Below are positions 37,433 to 46,132 of a stretch of 46,132 nt of DNA, one piece after another. The stretch lies in the NCBI GenBank assembly GCA_037444665.1, contig JBBILZ010000014.1, positions 1 through 46,132 of the forward strand, read 5' to 3'. Every line of letters begins with the position of its first letter. The first letter of the stretch is position 1. A model generated the notes under the pieces. That model was given only the letters and a program-made list of their open reading frames with translations, was not told the DNA's origin and made no database searches. A program made the position numbers and the translations under genes. This DNA comes from a candidate division WOR-3 bacterium. GTDB taxonomy: Bacteria; Hydrothermota; Tepidihabitantia; SM23-42; JAOAFX01.

Positions 37433-38203
37433 ATGAAACTTCTATTTATTGGTGATATTATTGGCGAACCGGGTAGAAAAAAGATTGTTCAGGCATTACC
37501 AGAAATTATAGAAAAAGAAAGAATCTTTTTTACAATTGCCCAGGGTGAGAATTTGGCTGGTGGAGTCGGTATTACAGAAAATACTGCTAAGCAACTGTTT
37601 GATGCAGGGGTTGATTGTATTACGACAGGTAATCATGTCTGGAAATACAAAGAAGTTTATAAATATCTAAATTCAGAGACAAGACTATTAAGACCTGCAA
37701 ATTATCCAGAGGGTGTGCCAGGCAGGGGATACTATGTGTATGAGAAGATGGGTATCAAAATTGGAGTCATCAATCTTGAAGGCAGGGTCTTTATGCAAAC
37801 GCTTGAAGACCCGTTGAAAGTGGGTAAGATAGTGGTGCAGGAGGTGCGGAAACAAACAAAAAATATTTTTATTGATTTTCATGCTGAGGCAACTGCAGAA
37901 AAAAGGGCATTGGCATTCTATCTCTGCGATTTTGTGACTGCAATTATCGGCACCCATACCCATATTCAGACTGCAGACGAGCAGATTATAAATGGGCGCT
38001 GTGCTTATATCACTGATGCAGGTATGGTCGGCTCAGCAGATTCTATTATTGGTGTTAAAAAAGAAGAGGCTGTTAAACACTTTTTATATAATTTGCCAGC
38101 AAAATTTAAGGTTGCAAAAGAAAATATAATGGGCAACAGTGTGATTATTGATTTTGATGAGGGTCCAGGGATAGCAAAAGGTATTTTCAGGTTGAATTTT
38201 TAG
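37433..38203 (+). CDS. ymdB: YmdB/TIGR00282-family metallophosphoesterase
   Basis: FIGDIIG, GNH, LRPANYP, DFHAEATAEK, GTHTH, YITDAGM. Confidence 0.9.
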   Translation: MKLLFIGDIIGEPGRKKIVQALPEIIEKERIFFTIAQGENLAGGVGITENTAKQLFDAGVDCITTGNHVWKYKEVYKYLNSETRLLRPANYPEGVPGRGYYVYEKMGIKIGVINLEGRVFMQTLEDPLKVGKIVVQEVRKQTKNIFIDFHAEATAEKRALAFYLCDFVTAIIGTHTHIQTADEQIINGRCAYITDAGMVGSADSIIGVKKEEAVKHFLYNLPAKFKVAKENIMGNSVIIDFDEGPGIAKGIFRLNF

Positions 38204-38320
38204 ATGTTTTTATATTGTTTGGAATTATCACAGGGTTCAATATATTATACTTTTGTGCAATTCAGGATTGACAATGTTTTATTAAAGTGCCGATTTTACG
38301 AGACTTAAGTCTCATCAGAT

Positions 38321-38336
38321 TGGCATATATTTTGCA
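38321..38336 (+). promoter_or_regulatory. sigma54-type -24/-12 promoter
   Basis: TGGCATATATTTTGCA, GG-N10-GC spacing, 31 nt before an ATG with AAGGAGGT SD. Confidence 0.7.
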
Positions 38337-38367
38337 TATTAAATAAATAGAAATTAAGGAGGTCAAC

Positions 38368-38916
38368 ATGAAAAAGGGATTTATATTAATTTTAGCAATT
38401 TTTGCCCTATGCACTGGAGGCAGGCTCGGTATTGGTTTTAGTGGTGGTGGAGAGTATAAAAATGGATACGGATTACAGAATTATGACCAGATACAGGGTA
38501 TGTTCTATGGTGCTGAATTCCATATTTCTGCTGAAGCATTGCCCTATATGTTCCTTGAGCCGAGTGGTCTGGTTGTGAATGATGCAATAAAACATTCAAA
38601 TATTCCCGGAATTGGACTGAGAATTAATGTTGCACCAAGACTTGGTAAGTTCTTTCTCGCACCATTCTTTGGAATAGAGGGTGATATTCTTTTTTACAAT
38701 TCAAATATTGAGCTTAGAGATGCTGCAAGTTCAGGAAATTTGCAATACTATTTTGAGAGTTCTTCACCGAGGGCAATTGGTATGGGCTTTGCCGGTCTGT
38801 CCATCTACTTTGGTAAGGCAATTTCGCTGGATTGTCAGTATAGATACCTGAGCTTAGCAAAGAATCTGGGTGCAGAAATGGTCTGGGCAGGAATCACATA
38901 CTACATAAACTGGTAA
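38368..38916 (+). CDS. Putative small outer-membrane beta-barrel protein
   Basis: Signal peptide, Gly/aromatic-rich strands, C-terminal AGITYYINW. Confidence 0.68.
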   Translation: MKKGFILILAIFALCTGGRLGIGFSGGGEYKNGYGLQNYDQIQGMFYGAEFHISAEALPYMFLEPSGLVVNDAIKHSNIPGIGLRINVAPRLGKFFLAPFFGIEGDILFYNSNIELRDAASSGNLQYYFESSSPRAIGMGFAGLSIYFGKAISLDCQYRYLSLAKNLGAEMVWAGITYYINW

Positions 38917-38930
38917 AGAAATTTGCAATA

Positions 38931-38986
38931 AAATGTAGCGGCAGAGACTCCATCCAAAAAAAATGTAGCGGCAGAGCTTACTCTGC
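38931..38986 (+). repeat. Tandem GTAG REP-like pair (aaatgtagcggcagag x2; second copy closes a hairpin with ctctgc)
   Basis: Direct repeat with 30-nt period; related gtagcgg element at 45513. Confidence 0.7.
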
Positions 38987-39033
38987 TTATATAGAATTTT
39001 AGCCATCTTTTTACCTAAACAGAAAGATTTCCC

Positions 39034-39061
39034 TTGACTTTTGTTTAAATTTGTTTAATAT
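39034..39061 (+). promoter_or_regulatory. Promoter (TTGACT-N16-TAATAT), leaderless
   Basis: -35 at 39034-39039, -10 at 39056-39061, ATG at 39068. Confidence 0.62.
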
Positions 39062-39067
39062 TATACT

Positions 39068-40021
39068 ATGAAATTGCCCAAGGGCAGACCTATACTTGAG
39101 AACACACGATTGGAATTCATCAATTTTGATAATGTATTGAGCGCTTCTAAGCGGGAAAGGGCGCATCGTATTTCTGGATACATTTCAATTATTTACCCTG
39201 ATATGGAGGAATTGATTTTTTTAAAACAGGGCGAACCATTTAATGCTGCACGCTTGAGTGCGAAAGAAAGAACAATCATATCAATAAGTGAGGTCATAGA
39301 AAAGGCGCGTAAAGCAACATCAGGAATTCTTTCAGAGTATGCCACAGATGAGATACTACTCAATATGATTATAACTTCAATTACTGTTCAACCAATTAAA
39401 ACAGGTTTAGATATTAATAGACTCCAGCCAAAGATTTTAATTGATAAACTAAAAACTACTAAATTTGATGGTTTTCTCTGGATAAAAGCGAGCATTGAGG
39501 AATCTTTTATTGCTTTTAAGCAGGGTGAACTTATTGGCCTTTATGCAGCCGGGAGTGCTGAGAAGATTCAAGACGACAAGGCGATTATTACATTCTTAAC
39601 AAAACCCAATGCGAATATATCTGTGTTTGACCATATTGAAACCGGTATGCCAGTGCAGGCAACACCTGCCCAGGTAGAGATGTTTTGTAAGATAATGTCA
39701 ACTCTGATAAAAAGTTATTGTAAACCACTGGGCACTACAATGGTCTTAAAGACCGTCTTGATGGCAAAATCAACTGCACAAAAGGAGTATCCTTTTATCA
39801 ATGAATTTCAGGTTAACGCTGATTTTAATGTTACTGCAAAACTGGTTATTGAACCGAAAATTCTGGCGCGGGGAGTTGCCCGCTGGCTCGACTTAATCTT
39901 TGAATCCTTTTCTACCCTGTTAGGCAAGGAGAGCGAAGTCATTGCACGCAAAGTCCTCAATGATTATCGCTTTGCCTTAATGTCCCTGAATTTTTTTGAC
40001 TACACCAAATTAAAAATTTAA
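39068..40021 (+). CDS. Cytoplasmic hypothetical protein with two similar N-terminal alpha/beta units
   Basis: 317-aa ORF coupled to rsmI; ISGYISI...LIFLKQGE resembles FDGFLWI...FIAFKQGE. Confidence 0.72.
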   Translation: MKLPKGRPILENTRLEFINFDNVLSASKRERAHRISGYISIIYPDMEELIFLKQGEPFNAARLSAKERTIISISEVIEKARKATSGILSEYATDEILLNMIITSITVQPIKTGLDINRLQPKILIDKLKTTKFDGFLWIKASIEESFIAFKQGELIGLYAAGSAEKIQDDKAIITFLTKPNANISVFDHIETGMPVQATPAQVEMFCKIMSTLIKSYCKPLGTTMVLKTVLMAKSTAQKEYPFINEFQVNADFNVTAKLVIEPKILARGVARWLDLIFESFSTLLGKESEVIARKVLNDYRFALMSLNFFDYTKLKI

Positions 40022-40686
40022 TGCCCCTTTATATCGTTGCTACACCAATTGGCAATCTGGATGATATTACAGTCAGGGCAATTAAAATTTTACAAAATGT
40101 TGATTTGATCGCCTGCGAAGATACACGCCGGGCAGCAGTTCTTTTGAAAAAATATAATATAAAAAAAGATTTAATCTCTTACTATGACCGAGTAGAAAAA
40201 AGACGAACACCGCTATTGATCGATCTTTTAAAAGAAGGTAAAAACATTGCATTGATAAGTAATGCAGGAACACCCCTTATCTCTGACCCTGGTTATGTTA
40301 TTGTTAAAGAAGCAATCAATGCACAAATTCCGGTTTACTCCATTCCCGGACCCTCAGCAATCACTGGCGCAATTGTTTTATCAGGATTTTCGGTTAACCG
40401 CTTTATTTTTGAAGGTTTTTTACCCAAAAAGAAAAATCAGCGGTGCAGGATTCTTGAATCATTCAAAAATGACCCGCGGGCTATAGTAATTTTTGAATCT
40501 CCTTATAGAATTCAAAATACATTAAAAGAAATAAAATCTATTCTTGGAAATAGAATGGTTGTGCTCGTGCGCGAATTGACTAAATACTATGAAGAAATTT
40601 TGCGTGGCAGTGTTGATGAAATTCTACAAAAAATAAAGACCTGCCGCGGCGAATTTACCATTATTGTCTCTGGTTATCGTGAATAA
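40021..40686 (+). CDS. rsmI: 16S rRNA C1402 2'-O-methyltransferase
   Basis: [42 protein letters not shown]. Confidence 0.96.
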   Translation: MPLYIVATPIGNLDDITVRAIKILQNVDLIACEDTRRAAVLLKKYNIKKDLISYYDRVEKRRTPLLIDLLKEGKNIALISNAGTPLISDPGYVIVKEAINAQIPVYSIPGPSAITGAIVLSGFSVNRFIFEGFLPKKKNQRCRILESFKNDPRAIVIFESPYRIQNTLKEIKSILGNRMVVLVRELTKYYEEILRGSVDEILQKIKTCRGEFTIIVSGYRE

Positions 40687-41269
40687 AATAAAGGTTATTT
40701 TCAAAAAGTTGATTGTTCTACCAGTGGTAAAATTATTAATAAGATTGAAAGTCCAGCCTAACCTCATTACAGTCCTGAGTCTGCTTATTGCGATATTTGC
40801 CTTCTGGGTATATAAAAATGGGACATTCTGGCTTGGTGGAATAATTTTGTTATTTAGTAGTATCCTTGATACTTTTGATGGAGAACTTGCCCGTCAGACA
40901 AACCGGGTGACAAAATTTGGTGGATTCCTTGATTCAACCATTGACCGGGTGAATGAGTTTTTAATCTACCTTGGGCTCTTTGTTTATTATTATTATCGCG
41001 CAGATTATGCACTCTATTGGGTATTCTTTGCCCTTTTTGGCTCAATAATGGTCAGTTATACAAGGGCACGGGGCGAAGGACTGGGCATCTCTCCTCAGGT
41101 AGGGATATTTGAACGTTTTGTCCGACTCCTGTTTTTGATTGTGGGTTCATTTTTAGGTCCAAAGATAATGGTCTATATCCTTGCGGTTATTGCCATTGGT
41201 TCAATTCAGACCGCAATCCACCGTGTATTTTATCTTTTTCAAAATTCAAAACCAGTTAAAAAGATTTGA
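40664..41269 (+). CDS. CDP-alcohol phosphatidyltransferase
   Basis: DxxDGxxAR...GxxLDxxxDR motif; SYTRAR. Confidence 0.9.
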   Translation: MSLVIVNKIKVIFKKLIVLPVVKLLIRLKVQPNLITVLSLLIAIFAFWVYKNGTFWLGGIILLFSSILDTFDGELARQTNRVTKFGGFLDSTIDRVNEFLIYLGLFVYYYYRADYALYWVFFALFGSIMVSYTRARGEGLGISPQVGIFERFVRLLFLIVGSFLGPKIMVYILAVIAIGSIQTAIHRVFYLFQNSKPVKKI

Positions 41270-42360
41270 CAGTATATCAGAATACTACACATAAAGAAAG
41301 GGTATTTTTAATCACTGCTGGTGATGCAAGAACAAAGCGCTGGGAATTATTGCAATCGCTTGAGGAACTTGTTAGTTTAACACGCACTGCGGGTGGCGAA
41401 GTAGTAGAAAGTTTTATCCAGATGCGTGACCGATACAATCCAGCACTCTTGCTCGGAAAGGGTAAGGTTGAGGAGCTCGGTATAATCGCTGCAGAATTCA
41501 AAATTGACCTTTTGATCTTTGATACAGAGCTTTCTGCTGCCCAGATTAGAAACATAGAAGAAATAACCGCAATTCGTGTCATTGACCGAACAACACTGAT
41601 ACTTGATATCTTCGCAAAACACGCCAGAACAAAAGAGGCTAAATTGCAGGTAGAGATGGCACAGCTTGAGTACCGGTTATCCCGGCTTGTAGGTAAAGGA
41701 TTGCAACTTTCAAGATTGGGTGGTGGTATTGGCACGCGTGGACCAGGTGAAAAAAAACTGGAGGTTGACCGCCGGCGCATAAAAGAGCGAATCTCTATTC
41801 TCAAAAAAGAACTTAAAAAAATTGAATTGTCCAAGCAGATTCAAAGGAAGCAACGCCACAATCTCTATAAGGTCTGTATTGTTGGTTATACAAATGCAGG
41901 TAAATCATCCCTTGTCAATGCGCTTACCCGTGGCAATTTACTTACTGCTGATTACCTGTTTTCAACCCTTGATTCAAATACTTCGGTGCTGTTTCTGCCC
42001 CCGAAATATAAGATACTCATCAGTGATACGGTTGGTTTTTTAAGAAATTTACCACACAGTTTGATTGCTTCTTTCCGGGCAACTCTGGCAGAGGTGCTTG
42101 AGGCAGATCTTTTGATTCATATTGTAGATGCTTCTGATAGTGATATAGATTCCAAATTGGAGACAGTGCAGAGAGTTTTGAGCGAGATTGGCGCAGAAGA
42201 TAAACCACGGATACTCGTTTTCAATAAATTAGACAGGCTCTTTAGTGAAGAAAAAATAAGGCTCGGCGAGAAATTCCCTGGTGCACTATTTGTTTCTGCA
42301 ACAGAGGGGGCAGGTATCAAAGAATTAAAGGAATATTTAAAAAATTATTTTTTCCATTGA
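41266..42360 (+). CDS. hflX: Ribosome-splitting GTPase HflX
   Basis: GGGIGTRGPGE, VGYTNAGKS, DTVGF, NKLD. Confidence 0.96.
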   Translation: MTVYQNTTHKERVFLITAGDARTKRWELLQSLEELVSLTRTAGGEVVESFIQMRDRYNPALLLGKGKVEELGIIAAEFKIDLLIFDTELSAAQIRNIEEITAIRVIDRTTLILDIFAKHARTKEAKLQVEMAQLEYRLSRLVGKGLQLSRLGGGIGTRGPGEKKLEVDRRRIKERISILKKELKKIELSKQIQRKQRHNLYKVCIVGYTNAGKSSLVNALTRGNLLTADYLFSTLDSNTSVLFLPPKYKILISDTVGFLRNLPHSLIASFRATLAEVLEADLLIHIVDASDSDIDSKLETVQRVLSEIGAEDKPRILVFNKLDRLFSEEKIRLGEKFPGALFVSATEGAGIKELKEYLKNYFFH

Positions 42361-42377
42361 TATTGGTTACACATAAC

Positions 42378-43472
42378 TTATTCAAAATTTTTTACAAACA
42401 TCATTCCTGGTAATTGTTTAACCAGCCCTTTGATTTCAAAATCAAGTAAAATCTTCAGAATTTCCGCAGTGGGCATACCAATCTTTTCTTTCAGTTCATC
42501 AAGATAGATCGGCTCAAAAGATAGACCATCCCAAACTGTTTTTTCATCATCTTTTAATATGATTTCTTTAACTTCCCGTTCTTTCTTTGTCCATTTTATA
42601 TTGAGATATTCAAGAACTTCTTCTGCAGAGGTTACCGGGGTTGCACCTTCTTTTATGAGGCGATTCGTTCCGGCAGATGTCTTTGAATAGATATTGCCGG
42701 GAATTGCATATATTTCTTTGTTCTGTTGTAATGCCCATTCTACTGTGTTCATTACTCCGGATCTTTCTTTTGCTTCAATAGCAACAATTGCCCGCGAAAG
42801 TCCGGCAATAATTCTGTTCCGTTTTGGAAAATGTTGCGCAAGGGGTAGGGTTTGAATATTAAATTCTGAGATTACTGCTCCATTTTTTATTATATCTTCC
42901 ATTAAATTCCTATTTTCCGGCGGATAAACAATATCCACTCCGCATCCCAATACTGCGATTGTCCTACCATTGTTCTTGAGTGCACCTTGATGTGCTGCTG
43001 TATCAATGCCCCTTGCCATACCACTGACCACACAGACACCAGCACGGGCAAATTCCGCAGCAAAGTTTTCTGCGATTGCCTTACCATAGACTGTTGCACC
43101 CCTTGTTCCCACTATCGCTATTCCTACTTCATCCTCAGGTATTATTGTGCCACGCATAAATATTACTGGCGGAAAGTGTTCAATATTTTTCAACCAGGAA
43201 GGATATTCTCGGGCATAATATGGGATTACTTTTATATTTTTCTTTTCCATTATCTCGTACTTTCTTTTTATGGCATCGTCCACCTTTAATGAAGATATTC
43301 TATGGGCAATGTCTTCACCGACAATATTAGATAGTTCATCATATCGGGCATTTAATATATGCCCTGGTGTTTTAAATTTTTCTAAAAGGTTATACAACCG
43401 GGATTCAGTGATTTTTTCTATGGAGAGCAATAATACAAATTCTCTTGCCTGGTTTAATAAATTATCGCTCAT
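42378..43472 (-). CDS. dprA: DNA-processing protein DprA
   Basis: AIVGTR, VSGMARGID, FPKRNRIIAGLS, GTNRLIKEGA. Confidence 0.96.
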   Translation of the reverse strand: MSDNLLNQAREFVLLLSIEKITESRLYNLLEKFKTPGHILNARYDELSNIVGEDIAHRISSLKVDDAIKRKYEIMEKKNIKVIPYYAREYPSWLKNIEHFPPVIFMRGTIIPEDEVGIAIVGTRGATVYGKAIAENFAAEFARAGVCVVSGMARGIDTAAHQGALKNNGRTIAVLGCGVDIVYPPENRNLMEDIIKNGAVISEFNIQTLPLAQHFPKRNRIIAGLSRAIVAIEAKERSGVMNTVEWALQQNKEIYAIPGNIYSKTSAGTNRLIKEGATPVTSAEEVLEYLNIKWTKKEREVKEIILKDDEKTVWDGLSFEPIYLDELKEKIGMPTAEILKILLDFEIKGLVKQLPGMMFVKNFE

Positions 43473-43999
43473 TCTGTTTTTTCCTTAAATATTTCTTTTA
43501 GTTTTTCCTTCTGTTCTGGAATGCACTCAATTAAAACAGAATATGCAGGTTCATCAAGTTTCTGTTCATTTCTGAGCTGTTTGATGAGGGCTAAGAAATC
43601 TTCACCATTTTTTTTAGCAATTTTTTTTATTGCCTGTTTTGCTTCTTTTAAAACCGTAGGATTGTCATCGTTTAATAATAATTTAAGAATTGTTCCTGTA
43701 GCATCCAAGTCGCCAATCTCGCCCAGGGTTCTACAGGCAGCTGCACGGGTATACCAGAATCCTTTATTACATAGTTTTTTTAACCGGGGGACAAGTTTAT
43801 TGCCGAATGGAACGAGTTCTTTTGTTGCCTGCTCGCGCAGATACCAGGAACTGTCTTCAAGTATCTTTAACAGGATTTTTATCCTATCGGATTCAGACAG
43901 GTCACCTAATTTATTAAAAATCTTCAATTTTTTATTGAAGTCTGAATCCTTTAAAAGTTTAAGCAGGGTTTCTTTGTCAGTTTTTAGAGAAATTTTCAT
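43469..43999 (-). CDS. HEAT-repeat protein
   Basis: DSSWYLREQA, WYTRAAACRTLGEIGD repeats; overlaps obg and dprA. Confidence 0.8.
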   Translation of the reverse strand: MKISLKTDKETLLKLLKDSDFNKKLKIFNKLGDLSESDRIKILLKILEDSSWYLREQATKELVPFGNKLVPRLKKLCNKGFWYTRAAACRTLGEIGDLDATGTILKLLLNDDNPTVLKEAKQAIKKIAKKNGEDFLALIKQLRNEQKLDEPAYSVLIECIPEQKEKLKEIFKEKTE

Positions 44000-44939
44000 C
44001 TTTCAAATGGGCAATTAATTTATCCACGCCTTTATTTTTGAGTGCAGAAATGTAGAATGTTGGTTCGGCTAAAGGAAATTTTTCAATTTTTTCAAGCAGG
44101 TCAATCTTATTAAAAACTACAATTCGTGGTTTTTTTAATAGAGTTGCATTATATTTTTTGAACTCTTCAAGGATTGCCTGATATTGTTTGATTGGTTCTG
44201 ATAATGAAGTATCAATGAGCACAAGGATTATTCTGGTTCGCTCAATATGGCGCAAAAATTTCAAACCAAGACCCCTGCCTTTGTGTGCACCTTCAATAAT
44301 TCCTGGCATATCAGCGATAACTACATTTTGGTAATTATTTTTGAGCACACCTAAGTTGGGCGTGAGTGTGGTAAATGGGTAATCAGCAATTTTAGGTTGG
44401 GCATTTGTCATTGCCTTCAAAAGTGTAGACTTGCCCGCATTGGGAAATCCAACTATGCCAATCTGCGAGATTAATTTTAGAATAATTTTTAATTTACATT
44501 TCTCTCCGGGTTCACCTTTTTCAGCAATTTTAGGTGCGCGATTGGTTGATGTTACAAAATGGCGATTACCTCTGCCACCTTTTCCACCTTTTGCAACGAG
44601 CATCTTTTGTTCATGCTCAAGAATTTCGCCGAGCAAATTATCATCCTTGTAGATTTCAATACCAAGTGGAACAGAGATATATCTATCATCACCGGATTTC
44701 CCATCCATACCCTTACCCATACCATGCATTCCCCGACCTGCTTTGTAATGCGGTCTCAATTGTAAATCATAAAGGGTCTGCAGAATTTTGTTACCAATGA
44801 GATAGACTGAGCCGCCATCACCACCATCACCACCATCAGGTCCACCACGGGGCACAAATTTTTCTCTTCTGAATGAAATACATCCATTACCACCAGGGCC
44901 GGCTTCTACAAAGATTGTTACCTCATCAACAAACTTCAC
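43977..44939 (-). CDS. obgE: GTPase Obg/CgtA
   Basis: FVDEV, GGPDGGDGGDGG, GFPNAGKST, YPFTTL, DMPG, NKID. Confidence 0.97.
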   Translation of the reverse strand: MKFVDEVTIFVEAGPGGNGCISFRREKFVPRGGPDGGDGGDGGSVYLIGNKILQTLYDLQLRPHYKAGRGMHGMGKGMDGKSGDDRYISVPLGIEIYKDDNLLGEILEHEQKMLVAKGGKGGRGNRHFVTSTNRAPKIAEKGEPGEKCKLKIILKLISQIGIVGFPNAGKSTLLKAMTNAQPKIADYPFTTLTPNLGVLKNNYQNVVIADMPGIIEGAHKGRGLGLKFLRHIERTRIILVLIDTSLSEPIKQYQAILEEFKKYNATLLKKPRIVVFNKIDLLEKIEKFPLAEPTFYISALKNKGVDKLIAHLKDENFSKN

Positions 44940-44944
44940 AGATG

Positions 44945-44972
44945 ATTATAATAATTCTTAACTCAGTGTCAA
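44945..44972 (-). promoter_or_regulatory. Promoter of obg operon (TTGACA-N16-TATAAT), leaderless GTG start
   Basis: -35 at 44967-44972, -10 at 44945-44950, GTG at 44939. Confidence 0.8.
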
Positions 44973-45019
44973 GATGATTTATTCTGATTGCGCCACATTT
45001 TTACCCTCTTTTTAATATA

Positions 45020-45559
45020 GTAGTTGGTTCATTTATGAGGCTTTTTATCTTTGAATAAGAACAACCTTTATAAAATTAAAATGCCTAAAAGTCCAAAAGA
45101 GAATCAAGGGTTATCAGGGGGTATCAAGGGGAATCAGGGGATAGGAGATGGGGAAATAGTAAGTAGTAAGTAAGAAGTAAGAAGTAGGAAATTGTAGATA
45201 TTCAGTATCGAGTATCAAGTATCCAGTATCGAGTATCAAGGAAGCATCCAGGCCCCATAATCATACTGGCTGCTATGCCCTATAACTTTAGACCTGTTTC
45301 TAAATCAATCCTTGAATAATGCCCGATGAATCGGGCAACTACAATTGGGGTTAAAATCCTCCTCGATCCCCCTTTTCTAAAGGGGGAGGTAGGGGGATTG
45401 GTTAAGGCATTTAGTTTTAAGTGGATATTGTAGTTGGCTCATTTATGAGGCTTTTTGTAGGGACAACCTTGTGGTTGTCCGTAATTATTCTTTCGGCATT
45501 CCAGAGGACATTGTAGCGGTGCACTTTAGCGCACAAAGGGGATGCTGAAACAAGTTCAG
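45020..45559. repeat. Mosaic intergenic repeat cluster (several GTAG REPs, 7-mer and 10-mer arrays, G/C-run palindromes)
   Basis: 27-nt direct repeat at 45020 and 45430; 10-mers 45101-45140; 7-mers 45158-45190 and 45203-45240; REPs 45321-45342, 45457-45481, 45513-45534; palindromes 45355-45399 and 45541-45559. Confidence 0.85.
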
Positions 45560-45605
45560 AGTAAGATTTAACCTGACAAAAACTTATTTTGCCTTCCTGA
45601 ACCCT

Positions 45606-46132
45606 CTATTTAAGTTTGACCACCTTTTGCATTAAGACCTTTTCAGGGCAATCTAATCTTACAAAATATACACCGGCAGGAAGTCTGCGACCAGAATCGT
45701 CGTCACCGTACCACAAAACATAATTAAATTGGTAATTTCCGCCACGCTGATTGGCGGATAAATGGTTAAATTGTTTAACCAGTCTACCACTCGCATCGTA
45801 GATTTGTAGTTTGGTGTTTGGTATTTGGTCCGCCACACTTCTTGGCGGATTGGGATTTGTTTCGGATTTCGGATTTCGTATTTCGAATTTAATCACGCAG
45901 TGATTCTGGAAGGGATTTGGTGAAATTTTCAGAATGTAATCCTTTATCCGATACTTATTATCAACTTCAATCCCTGTCTGGGGTCTGATGGCAAAGACAT
46001 TTAAGGAGATATCCCAGGCAACACCACGGGGCTGTTGCTCACCAGGCCTGGGTGGTCCATAAGCCCAGATCATTATCTTGCAGTTTTCCGAAATCGCATT
46101 GGGAATCGTCCACATATAAACAGTATCATCTG
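45606..46132 (-). CDS. 3' part of a secreted protein with T9SS-type CTD (gene begins beyond the window)
   Basis: Frame is open to the window edge; SPNPF, IYDASGRLV, WYGDDDSG, AGVYFVRL motifs. Confidence 0.85.
   Translation of the reverse strand, partial: DDTVYMWTIPNAISENCKIMIWAYGPPRPGEQQPRGVAWDISLNVFAIRPQTGIEVDNKYRIKDYILKISPNPFQNHCVIKFEIRNPKSETNPNPPRSVADQIPNTKLQIYDASGRLVKQFNHLSANQRGGNYQFNYVLWYGDDDSGRRLPAGVYFVRLDCPEKVLMQKVVKLK

Noticed and set aside
41277..44018. Long opposite-strand ORFs 41277-41834 and 43521-44018
   Set aside because: Antisense shadows of hflX and the HEAT-repeat gene.
45289..45304. Possible IS terminal sequence tagacctgtttctaaa
   Set aside because: No matching second end or transposase in the window.
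45020..45456. CRISPR array from the 27-nt direct repeat
   Set aside because: Only two copies 410 nt apart, no regular spacers and no cas genes.

Overview
A 46 kb AT-rich chromosomal window from a diderm bacterium. LapA/LapB, outer-membrane beta-barrels and T9SS/FlgD-type C-terminal sorting domains point to the FCB-associated lineages, most resembling candidate division WOR-3 (inference). Most of it is housekeeping: rsmE, dnaJ-dnaK-grpE, nusB, ribH/ribBA, mglA, a RecJ-like gene, two tRNAs, groES-groEL, lepB, fur-feoAB, mutS, lapAB, cdaA, folP, gcvT-H-PA, ymdB, rsmI, hflX, dprA and obg. Four things stand out. (1) A tightly coupled operon (11148 to 1945, minus strand) joins poly-gamma-glutamate synthesis genes (capB/pgsB, capC/pgsC, pgsW-like) to a basic two-domain exported protein, an outer-membrane beta-barrel, an LVIVD lipoprotein and a C25/gingipain-family protein lacking the canonical catalytic His. 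This is a candidate diderm PGA export and anchoring machine without capA/capD/capE. (2) An unannotated 88-nt rod-shaped RNA gene at 21477-21564 has its own promoter and an anti-Shine-Dalgarno loop that matches the neighbouring groES RBS. (3) All three T9SS-type CTDs carry in-frame insertions of REP-like palindromes and short tandem repeats, from the same classes that fill the intergenic regions. (4) All twelve recognisable sigma70-type promoters have a 16-nt spacer, and eight predict leaderless mRNAs. No database searches were run; family calls rest on recognised motifs.
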